Shown here piece by piece: positions 41,470 to 52,358 of a stretch of DNA of 64,000 nucleotides. Each line of letters starts with the position of its first letter. Within the stretch, counting starts at the first letter, position 1. This stretch comes from Gammaproteobacteria bacterium. GTDB taxonomy: Bacteria; Pseudomonadota; Gammaproteobacteria; Eutrophobiales; Eutrophobiaceae. A program made the translations under genes and the position numbers. The notes beneath the pieces are model-generated. The model saw nothing but the letters and a program-made list of their open reading frames with translations, did not search any database and was not told where the DNA came from. The DNA lies in contig OZ241347.1 of assembly GCA_965200295.1 (NCBI GenBank), forward strand, positions 3,141,727 to 3,205,726. Direction: 5' to 3'.

Positions 41470-43911
41470 ATGAAACTCCAGTTAGATTTGCTGTCCTGCT
41501 ATATCGTCATTACCATTCTGCTTTTTCCACTGACCGGCTACTCACAAATAGAGGAAATCGTCGTGACCGCGCAGAAGCGGGAGCAATCATTGAGTGACGT
41601 CGGTATTGCGGTCACAGCATTTACCGGCGAGCAGGTCGATGCACTGGGCTTTGAAACCAGCACTGATATAGTCGGCATGTCCCCTGGGGTGTATGTCTCT
41701 GCAGCTGGCGGTGGTCAGAACCGGAAATTCACTATCCGCGGCGTAACACAGAACGACTTTCTCGATTCCAGCGAGGCCCCGGTTGCAGTCTACATCGACG
41801 AAGGCTATATCTCCACACAACAGGGGCAAGTATTTGGCCTGTTTGATATGGAACGAGTGGAAGTATTGAAAGGCCCGCAAGGAACACTTTTCGGGCGCAA
41901 TGCCACCGGCGGTCTGGTTCACTATGTCACCCGCAAACCAAAATTTGATGAGGTTGACGGCTATACCGAGGCAAGCTACGGGAGCTACGACCAGATACGG
42001 CTGGAGGCTGGCCTGGGCGGCCCGGTTTCAGACAAATTCGCTGGCAGAGTGTCATTCATGTATAACTATCATGACGGCATTTTGGAAAACCATTTCCCTG
42101 ATGAGGCGTTTACCCTGGATCCGAATCCTGGCCCGCGTGACGACATTGAAAATGACGACACTTGGGGAGTGCGTATCCATACCTTGTTCGCCCCTTATGA
42201 AGACGTTGAATTGCTGCTGTCCGGCTATGCCTCCAGCAGCGCAGTAGGCTCTGGCGCTTATGAAGCGGGCGCGATTGTGGCAGTCCTTGATGAGCAGGGA
42301 CGCCATGTCAATACCATAGAAGCATCTCCGACCGAAACAAGGGAAATGATCGGTCCGGGCGGGGTCCCAATACCCATCGTCGGGCTGGATGGGGAGCTGC
42401 CAGCGTCTTTCGGCTTGCCGGCGCCTCCTGAAGATGCCATGCGACCGGTGCCTGGTGGGGATATTTTCGGTTACAAAGACTATTCCGGTGATTTTAAGAT
42501 AAGCAAAGACTGGTCATATAAGGATGTCAATGAATATGACACCTATGGCGTCACCGGCAAACTGACTTGGGGCCTGACGGATTCCATGACATTGACCACA
42601 GTGACCGACTATAAGTCCTATAAAAAGTTTCTATCTCTGGATGTAGATGGCGGGCCTACCAGCCATTTCCTGTATATGGCTGATGCAAAAACGGATACCA
42701 TTGCCCAGGAAATCCGCTTGAACGGGGAAGCATCCCGATTCCGATGGTTAGTGGGCGGGTACTTTCTTGACATCGATAATGATACCCTGCAGGGGCTGCC
42801 GTTTCTGGACGATTCGATCCTGGCGTTCGGCGGGCCGCCGTTCGGATTGGATATGAACCCGTTTGACGGAGTGCCGGGACCCGGTGTGGATTTTATTACT
42901 GAAGTGGCGCTGGAGACCCGGTCATACTCCATTTTCGGCCAGATTGATTACGATTGGACTGACTCGCTGACCATTATCGGAGGGATACGCGTAATATTTG
43001 AAGACAAGGAATATACCTTCGCACAGAACGCTTACGTCAATACCAATGACCGTACTCTGGACAGAGATATTTTAGGTTTTCGCATTCCACAAGCGCCAGG
43101 CTCAAATCCGTTTGCCGATGAGACCTCCGATACGCTCTGGACCGGCAAAATTCAACTCGACTGGAAGCCAAACGATGAACTGCTACTTTACTTTGGCATA
43201 AACCGCGGTGTCAAAGCGGGCAATTTCAATGGCCCGTTGCCCGATCTCTCTGTGATCCCGGCCTCGGATATCCCCTATAAGGAAGAAGTGCTGTTGGCTT
43301 ATGAAGGCGGGTTTAAATCAAACCTTTTCGACGGCAACATACACCTGAACGGTTCGGCCTATTATTACGATTACTCGGACTATCAGGCATTTACCTTTTC
43401 AAACGTATCGGGGCAAATCAGTAACGAGGACGCAACAGTCAAGGGACTGGAAGTGGATGTCACGGCGTCGCCTGTAACAGGCTTGGATGTGCTCTTGGGA
43501 TTTTCCTTTGTGGATGCCGAGGTTGAGGACCTTGAGGTAGCGCCAGATATTTTCAAAGATGTTGAACCGACGTTTACACCTAAATACCAGTTTAACGGGC
43601 TGGTAAGGTACAGTTGGCCTTTATTCAATGGGAGCGAATTGGCTATACAACTGGATACAAACTATATATCCCGGCGCTATGCAAACCTGAGAAACTTTGA
43701 CGCACACACCATGGACGCCAACATTGTCGGCAACGCCCGGGTATTCTGGTATTCACCAGGCCGGAAATGGGAGGCATCGGTATTCGTCACGAATATCGGT
43801 GACGAAAGAACTTTGACCGAAAAATTCGATTTAGCGACTCTATGCGGATGCGAAAACCACCATTACGCGAAGCCAAGGTGGGTGGGCGGTTCAATCCGCT
43901 TCAATTATTAG
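41470..43911 (+). CDS. TonB-dependent receptor
   Basis: ATG 41470 after GAGGGG. Signal peptide similar to that of 33806..36130; IEEIVVTAQKREQ, VEVLKGPQGTLFGRNATGG, C-terminal FNY. Confidence 0.95.
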   Translation: MKLQLDLLSCYIVITILLFPLTGYSQIEEIVVTAQKREQSLSDVGIAVTAFTGEQVDALGFETSTDIVGMSPGVYVSAAGGGQNRKFTIRGVTQNDFLDSSEAPVAVYIDEGYISTQQGQVFGLFDMERVEVLKGPQGTLFGRNATGGLVHYVTRKPKFDEVDGYTEASYGSYDQIRLEAGLGGPVSDKFAGRVSFMYNYHDGILENHFPDEAFTLDPNPGPRDDIENDDTWGVRIHTLFAPYEDVELLLSGYASSSAVGSGAYEAGAIVAVLDEQGRHVNTIEASPTETREMIGPGGVPIPIVGLDGELPASFGLPAPPEDAMRPVPGGDIFGYKDYSGDFKISKDWSYKDVNEYDTYGVTGKLTWGLTDSMTLTTVTDYKSYKKFLSLDVDGGPTSHFLYMADAKTDTIAQEIRLNGEASRFRWLVGGYFLDIDNDTLQGLPFLDDSILAFGGPPFGLDMNPFDGVPGPGVDFITEVALETRSYSIFGQIDYDWTDSLTIIGGIRVIFEDKEYTFAQNAYVNTNDRTLDRDILGFRIPQAPGSNPFADETSDTLWTGKIQLDWKPNDELLLYFGINRGVKAGNFNGPLPDLSVIPASDIPYKEEVLLAYEGGFKSNLFDGNIHLNGSAYYYDYSDYQAFTFSNVSGQISNEDATVKGLEVDVTASPVTGLDVLLGFSFVDAEVEDLEVAPDIFKDVEPTFTPKYQFNGLVRYSWPLFNGSELAIQLDTNYISRRYANLRNFDAHTMDANIVGNARVFWYSPGRKWEASVFVTNIGDERTLTEKFDLATLCGCENHHYAKPRWVGGSIRFNY

Positions 43912-43932
43912 GGCAGTGTCTTTCTCCTCGTT

Positions 43933-44733
43933 ATGGGAATGCAGAAAAATGCAAAAACTGTCCAGAAAATGACAATGCTCAGCGACAAGCATGTGGTGGT
44001 GACCGGCGGCGGGCGAGGCATAGGCGCTGCCATCGCCGCGGAGATGAACAGGCTGGGCGCCAAGGTCACCCTTATGGGGCGAACACTGAGCGCGTTACAG
44101 ACCCGGGCGCAACAACTGGCGCGCGCCGGTGCAGTACAGGTAGATGTCACGGATGAAAAAATTGTACAGGCCGGGTTTGACGAGGCAATAGCTCGCTTCG
44201 GCCCCGTGGACATCCTGATCAATAATGCCGGCACAGCCCACAGCAGTTCGTTTGCCCGAACAGACAGCGACAACTGGCAACAGACCCTGGCGGTCAACCT
44301 GAACGGCGTGTTTTATTGCAGCAGGCAAGTCCTGGACGGCATGCTGGAAGCAGACTGGGGCCGCGTCATCAATATTGCCAGCACCGCGGGACTCACCGGG
44401 TATGCCTACGTTACGGCGTATTGCGCGGCCAAACATGGCGTGGTGGGCCTGACCCGTTCGCTGGCGCTGGAACTGGCCGGGACCGGCATCACCGTCAACG
44501 CCATCTGCCCGGGATACACCAACACCGACCTGATTGCCGGCGCCATTACCAGGATCGTGGACAAGACCGGCATGACCAGGGAGGACGCAGAAGCGCGTCT
44601 TAAATCGACCAACCCACAGCGCCGTTTTATCGAACCGGAAGAAGTTGCCGGGGCAGTATCCTGGTTATGCCTGCCCGGCAGCGAATCGATTACCGGTCAA
44701 TCTATCCCGATAGCCGGCGGCGAGGTGATGTAG
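43933..44733 (+). CDS. Short-chain dehydrogenase/reductase
   Basis: TGGGRGIG, NNAG, YCAAK. Confidence 0.95.
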   Translation: MGMQKNAKTVQKMTMLSDKHVVVTGGGRGIGAAIAAEMNRLGAKVTLMGRTLSALQTRAQQLARAGAVQVDVTDEKIVQAGFDEAIARFGPVDILINNAGTAHSSSFARTDSDNWQQTLAVNLNGVFYCSRQVLDGMLEADWGRVINIASTAGLTGYAYVTAYCAAKHGVVGLTRSLALELAGTGITVNAICPGYTNTDLIAGAITRIVDKTGMTREDAEARLKSTNPQRRFIEPEEVAGAVSWLCLPGSESITGQSIPIAGGEVM

Positions 44734-44775
44734 AGCTCACAGTCCTCACTGTAATGAGAAAACCCCGCTACAACC

Positions 44776-45585
44776 ATGAACATGCAAAACTATAACCCAC
44801 AGCACTTTGCCTGGTCCTGCGCCGACGGTCTGGCTACGGTGACCCTGAACCGGCCCGAAAGGAAAAACCCCCTGACCTTTGCGTCGTATGCGGAACTGCG
44901 GGATACGTTCCGCCTTCTGGCCTCCGCTGAGGATGTCAAAGTCGTGATCATCACCGGCGCCGAGGGGAACTTCTGCTCTGGCGGCGATGTGCGCGATATC
45001 ATAGGCCCGCTGATGCAAATGAACATGAAAGGATTGCTCGAATTTACCCGTATGACCGGCGCTCTCATCAAGGCGATGATACACTGCCCACAACCGATCA
45101 TTGCCGCGGTGGACGGTATTTGCGTGGGCGCCGGCGCCTGCATTGCCATGGCCAGCGATTTACGCATAGCCACTCCCCAGGCAACAACCGCGTTCTTATT
45201 CTCCCGTGTCGGATTAGCCGGATGCGACATGGGGGCGTGCGCCATCCTGCCCAGGATTATCGGCCATGGCCGCGCCGCGGAACTGCTCTATACCGGCCGT
45301 AGCATGAGTGCGGAAGAAGGTCATCGCTGGGGGTTTTATAACCACCTGATAACAGCGGATCAACTCCAAAATGAAGCGCGCAGGTCAGGTGAGCAACTTC
45401 TGCGTGGCCCGACATTCGCTCAAGGCGTCACCAAGACCATGCTGCGCCAGGAATGGGATATGGCCTTGGACCAAGCCCTTGAGGCAGAGGCTCAGGCCCA
45501 GGCGCTGTGTATGCAGACTGATGATTTTGGCCGGGCTTACACGGCTTTCATAAACAAGGAAAAACCTGAATTCAAAGGTGACTGA
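44776..45585 (+). CDS. Enoyl-CoA hydratase/isomerase family protein
   Basis: [38 protein letters not shown]; the subfamily of aminobenzoyl-CoA clusters. Confidence 0.93.
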   Translation: MNMQNYNPQHFAWSCADGLATVTLNRPERKNPLTFASYAELRDTFRLLASAEDVKVVIITGAEGNFCSGGDVRDIIGPLMQMNMKGLLEFTRMTGALIKAMIHCPQPIIAAVDGICVGAGACIAMASDLRIATPQATTAFLFSRVGLAGCDMGACAILPRIIGHGRAAELLYTGRSMSAEEGHRWGFYNHLITADQLQNEARRSGEQLLRGPTFAQGVTKTMLRQEWDMALDQALEAEAQAQALCMQTDDFGRAYTAFINKEKPEFKGD

Positions 45586-46799
45586 TGGTTGATAAGAGCT
45601 TTCTTGACTGGCCGTTTTTTACCGCTCGGCACCGGGAACTGGGCCGCACACTGGATGACTGGTGCGAAAAGTCCCTGCCTCGACAACACTCGAATGACGT
45701 CGACGAGGCCTGCAAGGAACTGGTTAAACTCCTTGCCGAAGCCGGCTGGCTCAACCATGCCGCGCCGGTGCCCGGTTTCGATGAACCCCCTGAGGTCAGG
45801 TCTTTATGTCTTATCCGCGAGACTCTTGCGCGCCATTCGGGGCTGGCGGATTTCGTATTCGCCATGCAGGGACTAGGCAGCGGCGCCATCGCGCTGTTCG
45901 GTACACGGGAGCAACAAAATGATTACCTGCCCGCGGTGTGCAACGGCGACAGGATTGCCGCATTTGCCCTGTCCGAGTCCGAGGCCGGCTCCGATGTCGC
46001 AGCGCTGACCACGACTGCAGTAACAGACGGCGCTGATTACATCATCAACGGCGAGAAGACCTGGATATCGAACGGCGGCATTGCTGATTTTTATACCGTA
46101 TTCGTGCGCACTGGTGAGGAAGCCGGCGCGGCGGGCCTGAGCGCCTTCATCGTCGATGCCGGCACACCGGGGCTGGAAATAGCAGAACGGATTGAAGTCA
46201 TTGCGCCACATCCGCTGGCGCGGCTTGAGTTCAGGGATTGCCGGGTACCGCGGGCGAACCTGCTTGGCAAGCCCGGTCAAGGGTTCAGTATTGCCATGAC
46301 CACGCTGGATATGTTTCGCGCAACAGTGGGCGCGGCCGCGCTGGGCTTTGCGCGGCGGGCGCTGGAAGAAACACTGATGCACATCGGCGTGCGACAGCTG
46401 TTCGGCAGGACGCTTGCCGACATGCAGATGACCCGGAGCAGCATCGCAGACATGGCCGTGGCCATAGACGCCAGCGCCCTGCTCGTGTACCGCGCTGCGT
46501 GGACCAGGGACTGCTGCGCACAGAGTATCACCCGGGAGGCTGCCATGGCTAAATTACATGCTACCGAAGCGGCGCAGCAGGTCATAGACCGCGCGGTGCA
46601 ATTATTCGGCGCTCGTGGCGTGAAGCGCGGTGAAAAGGTCGAAGAATTGTACCGTGAAATCCGTGCGCTGCGTATCTATGAAGGCGCCTCAGAGGTTCAG
46701 AAGCTAATCATCGCGCGGGAGATAATCAGTGGCCAGGAACTACTGTCGCCCCGCATCCAGGCTGCAATGAAAGCCGCAGTTGCCACCTCAGCCGAATAA
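45585..46799 (+). CDS. Acyl-CoA dehydrogenase
   Basis: [39 protein letters not shown]. Confidence 0.95.
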   Translation: MVDKSFLDWPFFTARHRELGRTLDDWCEKSLPRQHSNDVDEACKELVKLLAEAGWLNHAAPVPGFDEPPEVRSLCLIRETLARHSGLADFVFAMQGLGSGAIALFGTREQQNDYLPAVCNGDRIAAFALSESEAGSDVAALTTTAVTDGADYIINGEKTWISNGGIADFYTVFVRTGEEAGAAGLSAFIVDAGTPGLEIAERIEVIAPHPLARLEFRDCRVPRANLLGKPGQGFSIAMTTLDMFRATVGAAALGFARRALEETLMHIGVRQLFGRTLADMQMTRSSIADMAVAIDASALLVYRAAWTRDCCAQSITREAAMAKLHATEAAQQVIDRAVQLFGARGVKRGEKVEELYREIRALRIYEGASEVQKLIIAREIISGQELLSPRIQAAMKAAVATSAE

Positions 46800-46883
46800 T
46801 TCCCGGGCAATTCCTCTGCTACCAAGTTTTGCTTCCGCCAGTGTCAAGACCCATCAGCAAATTATCCTTACACTTGCCGTAGT

Positions 46884-46898
46884 ATTTTAGAGGGGCCC
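46884..46898 (+). repeat. Isolated MITE terminus
   Basis: attttagaggggccc followed by ttaa. Confidence 0.45.
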
Positions 46899-46922
46899 TT
46901 AACTCAAGCGCGAGCGGCTTAA

Positions 46923-49307
46923 ATGAACGGTCTGAAAATAATCTGTCTTGGCGGCGGGCCTGCTTCGCTGTATTTCTCCGTACTGATGAAAAAGGCTAAT
47001 CCCGCACACGATATTACCGTGTTCGAGCGCGGTCCCCGTGATGCTACCTGGGGGTTCGGCGTGGTGTTTTCCGATGACACCTTACGCGGCTTCCTGGAGG
47101 CGGACGCCCCCAGTTACAAGCGCATAGTCGAGCAATTCGCCTACTGGGACAAGATCGAGACGCGCATACATGGTAAAAAAATTATCAGTGGCGGACACGG
47201 GTTCTGCGGCCTGTCGCGACTGAAGTTGCTGAACGCCCTCCACGACCGTTGTGATGATCTGGGCGTGAAGCTGGAGTTCAATACTGACATCACCGATCTG
47301 GCGCAACTGAAGACAGACAGGCAAGATCTTGTGGTCGCCGGCGACGGCATCACCTCGTTGCTGCGTACCAGGTACGCAACGGAGTTTGGCGCCGAAATGG
47401 ACTGGCGCACCAACCGCTTCTGTTGGCTGGCCACGACCTTGCCCCTGGACAACTTTACCTTCATTTTCCACAAGAACGAGCACGGCTGGTGGTGGGTGCA
47501 CGGTTACCGCTATGAACAGGACAGGTCCACCTGGATCGTAGAATGCAGCCATCAGACCTGGCTGAACGCCGGCATGGATACGTTCTCCGAAGATGATACA
47601 AAACGTTACGTTGAAGAGGTCTTCCGTGACGACCTGCAAGGTCACCCCATCGTCACCAACCGCTCACTCTGGCGGGATTTCCCGGTGGTAAGGAATGCCA
47701 GCCTTTATTACAAAAACATCGTGCTGTTGGGCGATGCGGGACGTTCGGCGCATTTTACCATTGGTTCCGGCACCAAACTGGCCATGGAAGATGCCATTAC
47801 CCTGGCGGATACTTTTCGAGAGCAGGGTAACCGAGTCGATGCCGTGCTGGAAACCTACCAGCAGGTGCGCAAACCGGAGGCAGACCGGTTGCAACGGACT
47901 GCCGTCACCAGCCTGCACTGGTTTGAAAATATCGACCGTTACGTACAACAGGATGTGGAGCAGTTTACTTTCAACATGATGGTGCGGTCAAAGCGCGTCA
48001 CCTACGAAAATCTGGGCTTGCGCGATCCCGCGTACATTTGGTCCATAGACAGGTGGTTCGCCGAATATGCCCGCAAGCAAACGGGCTTCGATGACATAGA
48101 TACAGAGAACCCTGTGGCGCCGATGTTTCAACCGTTCAAAATAGGTCAGATGCGCGTCGAAAACCGGGTGCAGTTATCCGCTATGTGCCAATATTGTGCA
48201 ACCGATGGAGTGCCGGATGACTGGCATCTTGTTCATTACGGCGCGCGCGGCATAGGTGGCGTCGGCATCGTCAACACAGAGATGCTGTGCACCTCGGCGG
48301 ACGGGCGGATTACCACCGGTTGCGCCGGTTTGTGGAATGGTGAGCAAACGGAACGCTGGCATCGTATCGTCGCGTTCATCCATGCCAACAGCAAGGCGAA
48401 GGTATGCGCGCAAATCGGCCATGCGGGGCGCAAAGGCGCAACCTGCATACCCTGGCAAGGAGGCATAGACCAACCCCTTGCGGATGGGGGCTGGGAGATT
48501 ATTGCCCCATCGCCGCTGCCTTACCTGCAACACAGCAGGATGCCGCGCATGATGTCCGAGGGTGATATGGACAGGGTGGAGACGGATTACCTGAACGCCA
48601 CCAGCAATGCAGTAACCGCCGGGTTTGACATGGTCGAGATACACATGGCCCACGGCTATCTGTTGTCATCATTTATCAGCCCTTATACCAACCGGCGCAG
48701 TGACAGATTCGGTGGAAATATCGGCAACCGCGCTCGTTTTCCATTGCGCATTCTGAGTGCCGTGCGCGCGGCTTGGCCGTCGGCACGACCTGTATCGGTC
48801 AGGATTTCAGCAACAGACTGGATAGGCGATGGGTTGAGCGAGGAAGATATGCTGGCCCTGGTTGCCCTGTTAAGGAACAATGGCGCTGATATCATCAACG
48901 TCTCCACAGGGCAGGTCGTCAGCCATGAAGACCCGGTTTACGGACGCATGTACCAGGCGCCATTTGCCGACCGGGTGCGCAATGAAACAGGAATCCCGAC
49001 TATTGTTGCAGGGAATATCACCAGCGCGGATCAGGTCAATACTCTGATTGTCGCCGGACGGACCGATCTGGCAGCCCTGGCCCGGCCGCTTATGAACGAA
49101 CCACAGTTCGTGCTGAATGCCGCCGCCCGTTACGGTTACCGCGAACAGTACTGGCCCGACCAGTATGCTGCCGGGAAATTTGCGGCAGAACTGAATGCGG
49201 AAAGGAATAACCAGGAAGAAATTGAACTGAGAACCAATGCGAGGCCCTCGAGTCCGCAGGATATGCTGGCAGTTGCCCTGGCAAGAGGCGAGGTATTGCC
49301 AAATTGA
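46923..49307 (+). CDS. abmA: Bifunctional anthraniloyl-CoA monooxygenase/reductase (salicylyl-CoA 5-hydroxylase family)
   Basis: N-terminal FAD monooxygenase (GGGPA, TWGFGVVFSD, AHF.IGSGTKLAMED) fused to an Old Yellow Enzyme domain (MCQY.A.DG, H.AHGYLLSSFISP..N.R.D.FGG). Confidence 0.9.
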   Translation: MNGLKIICLGGGPASLYFSVLMKKANPAHDITVFERGPRDATWGFGVVFSDDTLRGFLEADAPSYKRIVEQFAYWDKIETRIHGKKIISGGHGFCGLSRLKLLNALHDRCDDLGVKLEFNTDITDLAQLKTDRQDLVVAGDGITSLLRTRYATEFGAEMDWRTNRFCWLATTLPLDNFTFIFHKNEHGWWWVHGYRYEQDRSTWIVECSHQTWLNAGMDTFSEDDTKRYVEEVFRDDLQGHPIVTNRSLWRDFPVVRNASLYYKNIVLLGDAGRSAHFTIGSGTKLAMEDAITLADTFREQGNRVDAVLETYQQVRKPEADRLQRTAVTSLHWFENIDRYVQQDVEQFTFNMMVRSKRVTYENLGLRDPAYIWSIDRWFAEYARKQTGFDDIDTENPVAPMFQPFKIGQMRVENRVQLSAMCQYCATDGVPDDWHLVHYGARGIGGVGIVNTEMLCTSADGRITTGCAGLWNGEQTERWHRIVAFIHANSKAKVCAQIGHAGRKGATCIPWQGGIDQPLADGGWEIIAPSPLPYLQHSRMPRMMSEGDMDRVETDYLNATSNAVTAGFDMVEIHMAHGYLLSSFISPYTNRRSDRFGGNIGNRARFPLRILSAVRAAWPSARPVSVRISATDWIGDGLSEEDMLALVALLRNNGADIINVSTGQVVSHEDPVYGRMYQAPFADRVRNETGIPTIVAGNITSADQVNTLIVAGRTDLAALARPLMNEPQFVLNAAARYGYREQYWPDQYAAGKFAAELNAERNNQEEIELRTNARPSSPQDMLAVALARGEVLPN

Positions 49308-49321
49308 TTTACCTCTCTTAT

Positions 49322-49490
49322 GGTAACCTGAAAATGCCTTCTATGGCATTTTTGCCATGTAAATTTACGTCTCCGCCTGTTTACGTCCCTGTGACTGGAT
49401 ACCGGCCAATCCTTGGCCAGTATGACGAACAGGGGTCTTTCATACCGGCGGGGTGTGCGGCACCTTGTCCATGAAGGTTTAGAGGCGCCC
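49322..49490 (+). mobile_element. MITE variant with family ends but a different interior
   Basis: ggtaacctgaaaatgccttctatggcatttt ... tttagaggcgccc; the middle ~120 bp does not match hairpins 2-4. Confidence 0.6.
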
Positions 49491-49530
49491 TGTTGTTCCA
49501 AATCAGAAAAATAACAGAGTACCAACTACC

Positions 49531-50739
49531 TTGCCCGAAACTGACACCTGCATCCCCTACGGTGGCTACTGGACTACTCCGTTTGCCCGTTGGCAGGGCA
49601 GCCTGGCCCACTTGCACAGCCTGAAATATGCCGCTCATGTGACCCGGCAGTTCCTGGCCGATCGGACGCCTGACATACAGCAGTTCGACTTTGGTGTGCT
49701 GGGCATGACCGTCCCACAGCAGGGTTGTTTTTACGGCCTGCCCTGGCTCGCGGCCATGACCGGGATCGGTCATATCGGAGGGCCAACCGTCAGCCAGGCC
49801 TGCGCGACCGGCGCCCGGTCGATGGCGACTGCCAGCCGGGAAATCCAGGCCGGGCTGGCTGAATGCGCGCTGGTCATCACAGCGGACCGCGTCTCAAATG
49901 GCCCACATATCTATTACCCTGACCCTTTCGGTCCCGGCGGGACCGGTGTCACGGAAGACTGGGTCCTGAGCAATTTTAACCAGGATCCATATACACAACG
50001 CGACATGACCCATACCGCGGAGAACTGCGCGGACAAGTGGCGCGTATCGACTGCCGAGCAGCACGAGGTTGTCCAGTGCCGATATGGTCAGTACCGGCAG
50101 GCCTTGGAGCAGAACAGCGGCGAATCCTTTCAACAGAAATACATGATGCTACCCCTTGAAGTACCAGACAAGAGATTTAATAAAACGCTCAACACTCTGA
50201 CTGGTGATGAGGGAATAACTGCGGCCAACATGGAGAAAATGGCCCGGCTCGAACCGGTACAGGAGGGTGGCACGATTACGTTTGCAGGACAGACCCACCC
50301 GGCTGATGGTAATGCCGGTATGATTATCACCACCGCTGAAAAGGCTGGCGCACTCAGCCGCGATCCGGCAATTAAAATCAGGATCGTCGCCTACGGCGAG
50401 GCGCGGGAGGAACCAGCGTGGATGCCTGCCGCGCCCATTCCTGCAAGCCGGCGCGCCCTGAACCAGGCGGGTATATCCATCAGCGATGTCAAGGCCATCA
50501 AATCACATAACCCGTTTGCGGTTAACGACATCATTTTTGCCAAGGAGATGGGTATCGACGTCATGGCCATGAACAACTATGGCTGCTCTCTGATCTGGGG
50601 TCACCCACAGGGGCCCACGGGGCTGCGAGCCATTATCGAACTCATCGAAGAACTGGTGCTGGAAGGCGGTGGTTATGGCCTGTTTCACGGCTGTGCGGCC
50701 GGGGACACCGCCATGGCAGTAGTGATACGCGTTGATTAA
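49531..50739 (+). CDS. Thiolase family protein
   Basis: SQACATG, DG.A, NNYGCSLIWGHPQGPTG, GCAAGD. Confidence 0.9.
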   Translation: MPETDTCIPYGGYWTTPFARWQGSLAHLHSLKYAAHVTRQFLADRTPDIQQFDFGVLGMTVPQQGCFYGLPWLAAMTGIGHIGGPTVSQACATGARSMATASREIQAGLAECALVITADRVSNGPHIYYPDPFGPGGTGVTEDWVLSNFNQDPYTQRDMTHTAENCADKWRVSTAEQHEVVQCRYGQYRQALEQNSGESFQQKYMMLPLEVPDKRFNKTLNTLTGDEGITAANMEKMARLEPVQEGGTITFAGQTHPADGNAGMIITTAEKAGALSRDPAIKIRIVAYGEAREEPAWMPAAPIPASRRALNQAGISISDVKAIKSHNPFAVNDIIFAKEMGIDVMAMNNYGCSLIWGHPQGPTGLRAIIELIEELVLEGGGYGLFHGCAAGDTAMAVVIRVD

Positions 50740-50741
50740 AT

Positions 50742-52304
50742 ATGCCTGGAACGGTCAGGAATTTACCAAAAGTATTTCCCAGTGTCGTCCACGCGCTTGT
50801 GGATGCGGCTGCCAGGAGCCCGGAGCAGGAGGCCCTGACGTTCGGTATGGAGCGTCTCAATTACCGGGAATATCTGCGTTGCGTGGCCGGCTTCAGACAT
50901 GAACTGAAAGCGCTGGGACTGAGCGGCGGGCGCGTCGCCTTGCTGATGGGTAATTCCATAGATATCTGCATCACCATGTTTGCCATTCATGCCGCGCGCG
51001 CCGAAGCGGTTCCGTTAAACCCGGCATACACGATACGCGAGCTGTTGCCCATGCTTGAAGACGCTGAGCCCGCTGCCATCATTTACGACGAGACCCTCGA
51101 CGACATGGTACGCACCCTGGCGGGCCGACTTGAGCTCAAACATCTCATATCCATAGGTGAAAACCACGGCAGACGTCTGACTGTATGGCGTAATCGAGAG
51201 GATCTCAACACACTCGAAGAGCTCCCCGCAGATGCAGATCCAGCCACGCTACAGTTCACCGGCGGCACCACCGGCAGGGCGAAAGGCGCCTGTATCAATC
51301 ATTATTCCACTTCCGTCAACCTGAGCCAGCGCGAGGCTGTTTTACCTGCCCGGGATGACATGGAGAGAATGCTGTGCGTTATGCCTCTGTTTCACTGCTA
51401 CGCGGTAGCTATGTGCCTGCATGCCATGGTTTACCGGCGCGGCACCCTGCTTATCATGCCGCGTTACCACCCTCAGGCAGTTATTGACGCGCTGGCGCTG
51501 GAAAAGATTACGCTGTTTGCCGGCAGCCCCACCATTTTTACCGGATTGTTGAACTATCCGGGCTTTGCTGAAACGGATTTTTCCAACCTGTATCTCTCTT
51601 CATCCGGTTCCGCGCCGTTGGCAGGCGAAGTCCTGAAAGAGTGGGAACGGATCACGGGAACGCCAATACTCGAAGGATACGGCCAGACAGAAGCAGGGCC
51701 GGTCATTTCGTTCAATCCTCTTCACGGGGTGAGGAAGCCGACCTCGGTCGGCATCCCGGTGCCGGGAACGGAAGTACAGGTGGTTGACCTGCAAGCCGGA
51801 ACCAGAGTTCTTGATACCGGGCAGAAAGGAGAGATTCGCATTGCCGGCCCCCAGATTATGCAGGGTTACCACAACCGCCCGGATGAGACGAGACTGGCGC
51901 TACGTGACGGCTGGCTGTACACGGGCGATATAGGCGAACTGGATGAGGAAGGTTATCTGTACATTCGCGGCAGAAAGAAAGAGATGCTGATCGTTTCCGG
52001 TTATAACGTATTCCCCAGAGAGATTGAGGAAGTATTGCACCGAAACCCCTTTGTAGTGGAAGCGGCCGTGGTAGCGAGGAACGACTCATATCGTGGCGAG
52101 TTGCCGATCGCCTTTATTGTCCCAGGAACGCAACAAGGCCAGGATGAGGAAACGCTACGGCAGTATTGTGCTGAACATCTGGCACCTTACAAGATACCCG
52201 CGGAATTTCACTTTGTGGAACACCTGCCAAAAACCGCAGTCGGCAAGGTGGACAAAATTTCGCTGACGCAGAAGGCAGGTAAAACAACGCACGGCCACCT
52301 CTGA
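50742..52304 (+). CDS. AMP-dependent acyl/aryl-CoA ligase
   Basis: FTGGTTGRAKG, EGYGQTE, GWLYTGD, LPKTAVGK. Confidence 0.93.
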   Translation: MPGTVRNLPKVFPSVVHALVDAAARSPEQEALTFGMERLNYREYLRCVAGFRHELKALGLSGGRVALLMGNSIDICITMFAIHAARAEAVPLNPAYTIRELLPMLEDAEPAAIIYDETLDDMVRTLAGRLELKHLISIGENHGRRLTVWRNREDLNTLEELPADADPATLQFTGGTTGRAKGACINHYSTSVNLSQREAVLPARDDMERMLCVMPLFHCYAVAMCLHAMVYRRGTLLIMPRYHPQAVIDALALEKITLFAGSPTIFTGLLNYPGFAETDFSNLYLSSSGSAPLAGEVLKEWERITGTPILEGYGQTEAGPVISFNPLHGVRKPTSVGIPVPGTEVQVVDLQAGTRVLDTGQKGEIRIAGPQIMQGYHNRPDETRLALRDGWLYTGDIGELDEEGYLYIRGRKKEMLIVSGYNVFPREIEEVLHRNPFVVEAAVVARNDSYRGELPIAFIVPGTQQGQDEETLRQYCAEHLAPYKIPAEFHFVEHLPKTAVGKVDKISLTQKAGKTTHGHL

Positions 52305-52332
52305 AAATTAGAGGTGGCCGTGCAGCATATCC
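52289..52332. repeat. MITE terminal hairpin remnant between convergent genes (possible terminator)
   Basis: gcacggccacctct-gaaaatt-agaggtggccgtgc palindrome containing the ligase stop codon. Confidence 0.8.
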
Positions 52333-52358
52333 CGACAGGTTACCGCAACCCAACCCCC

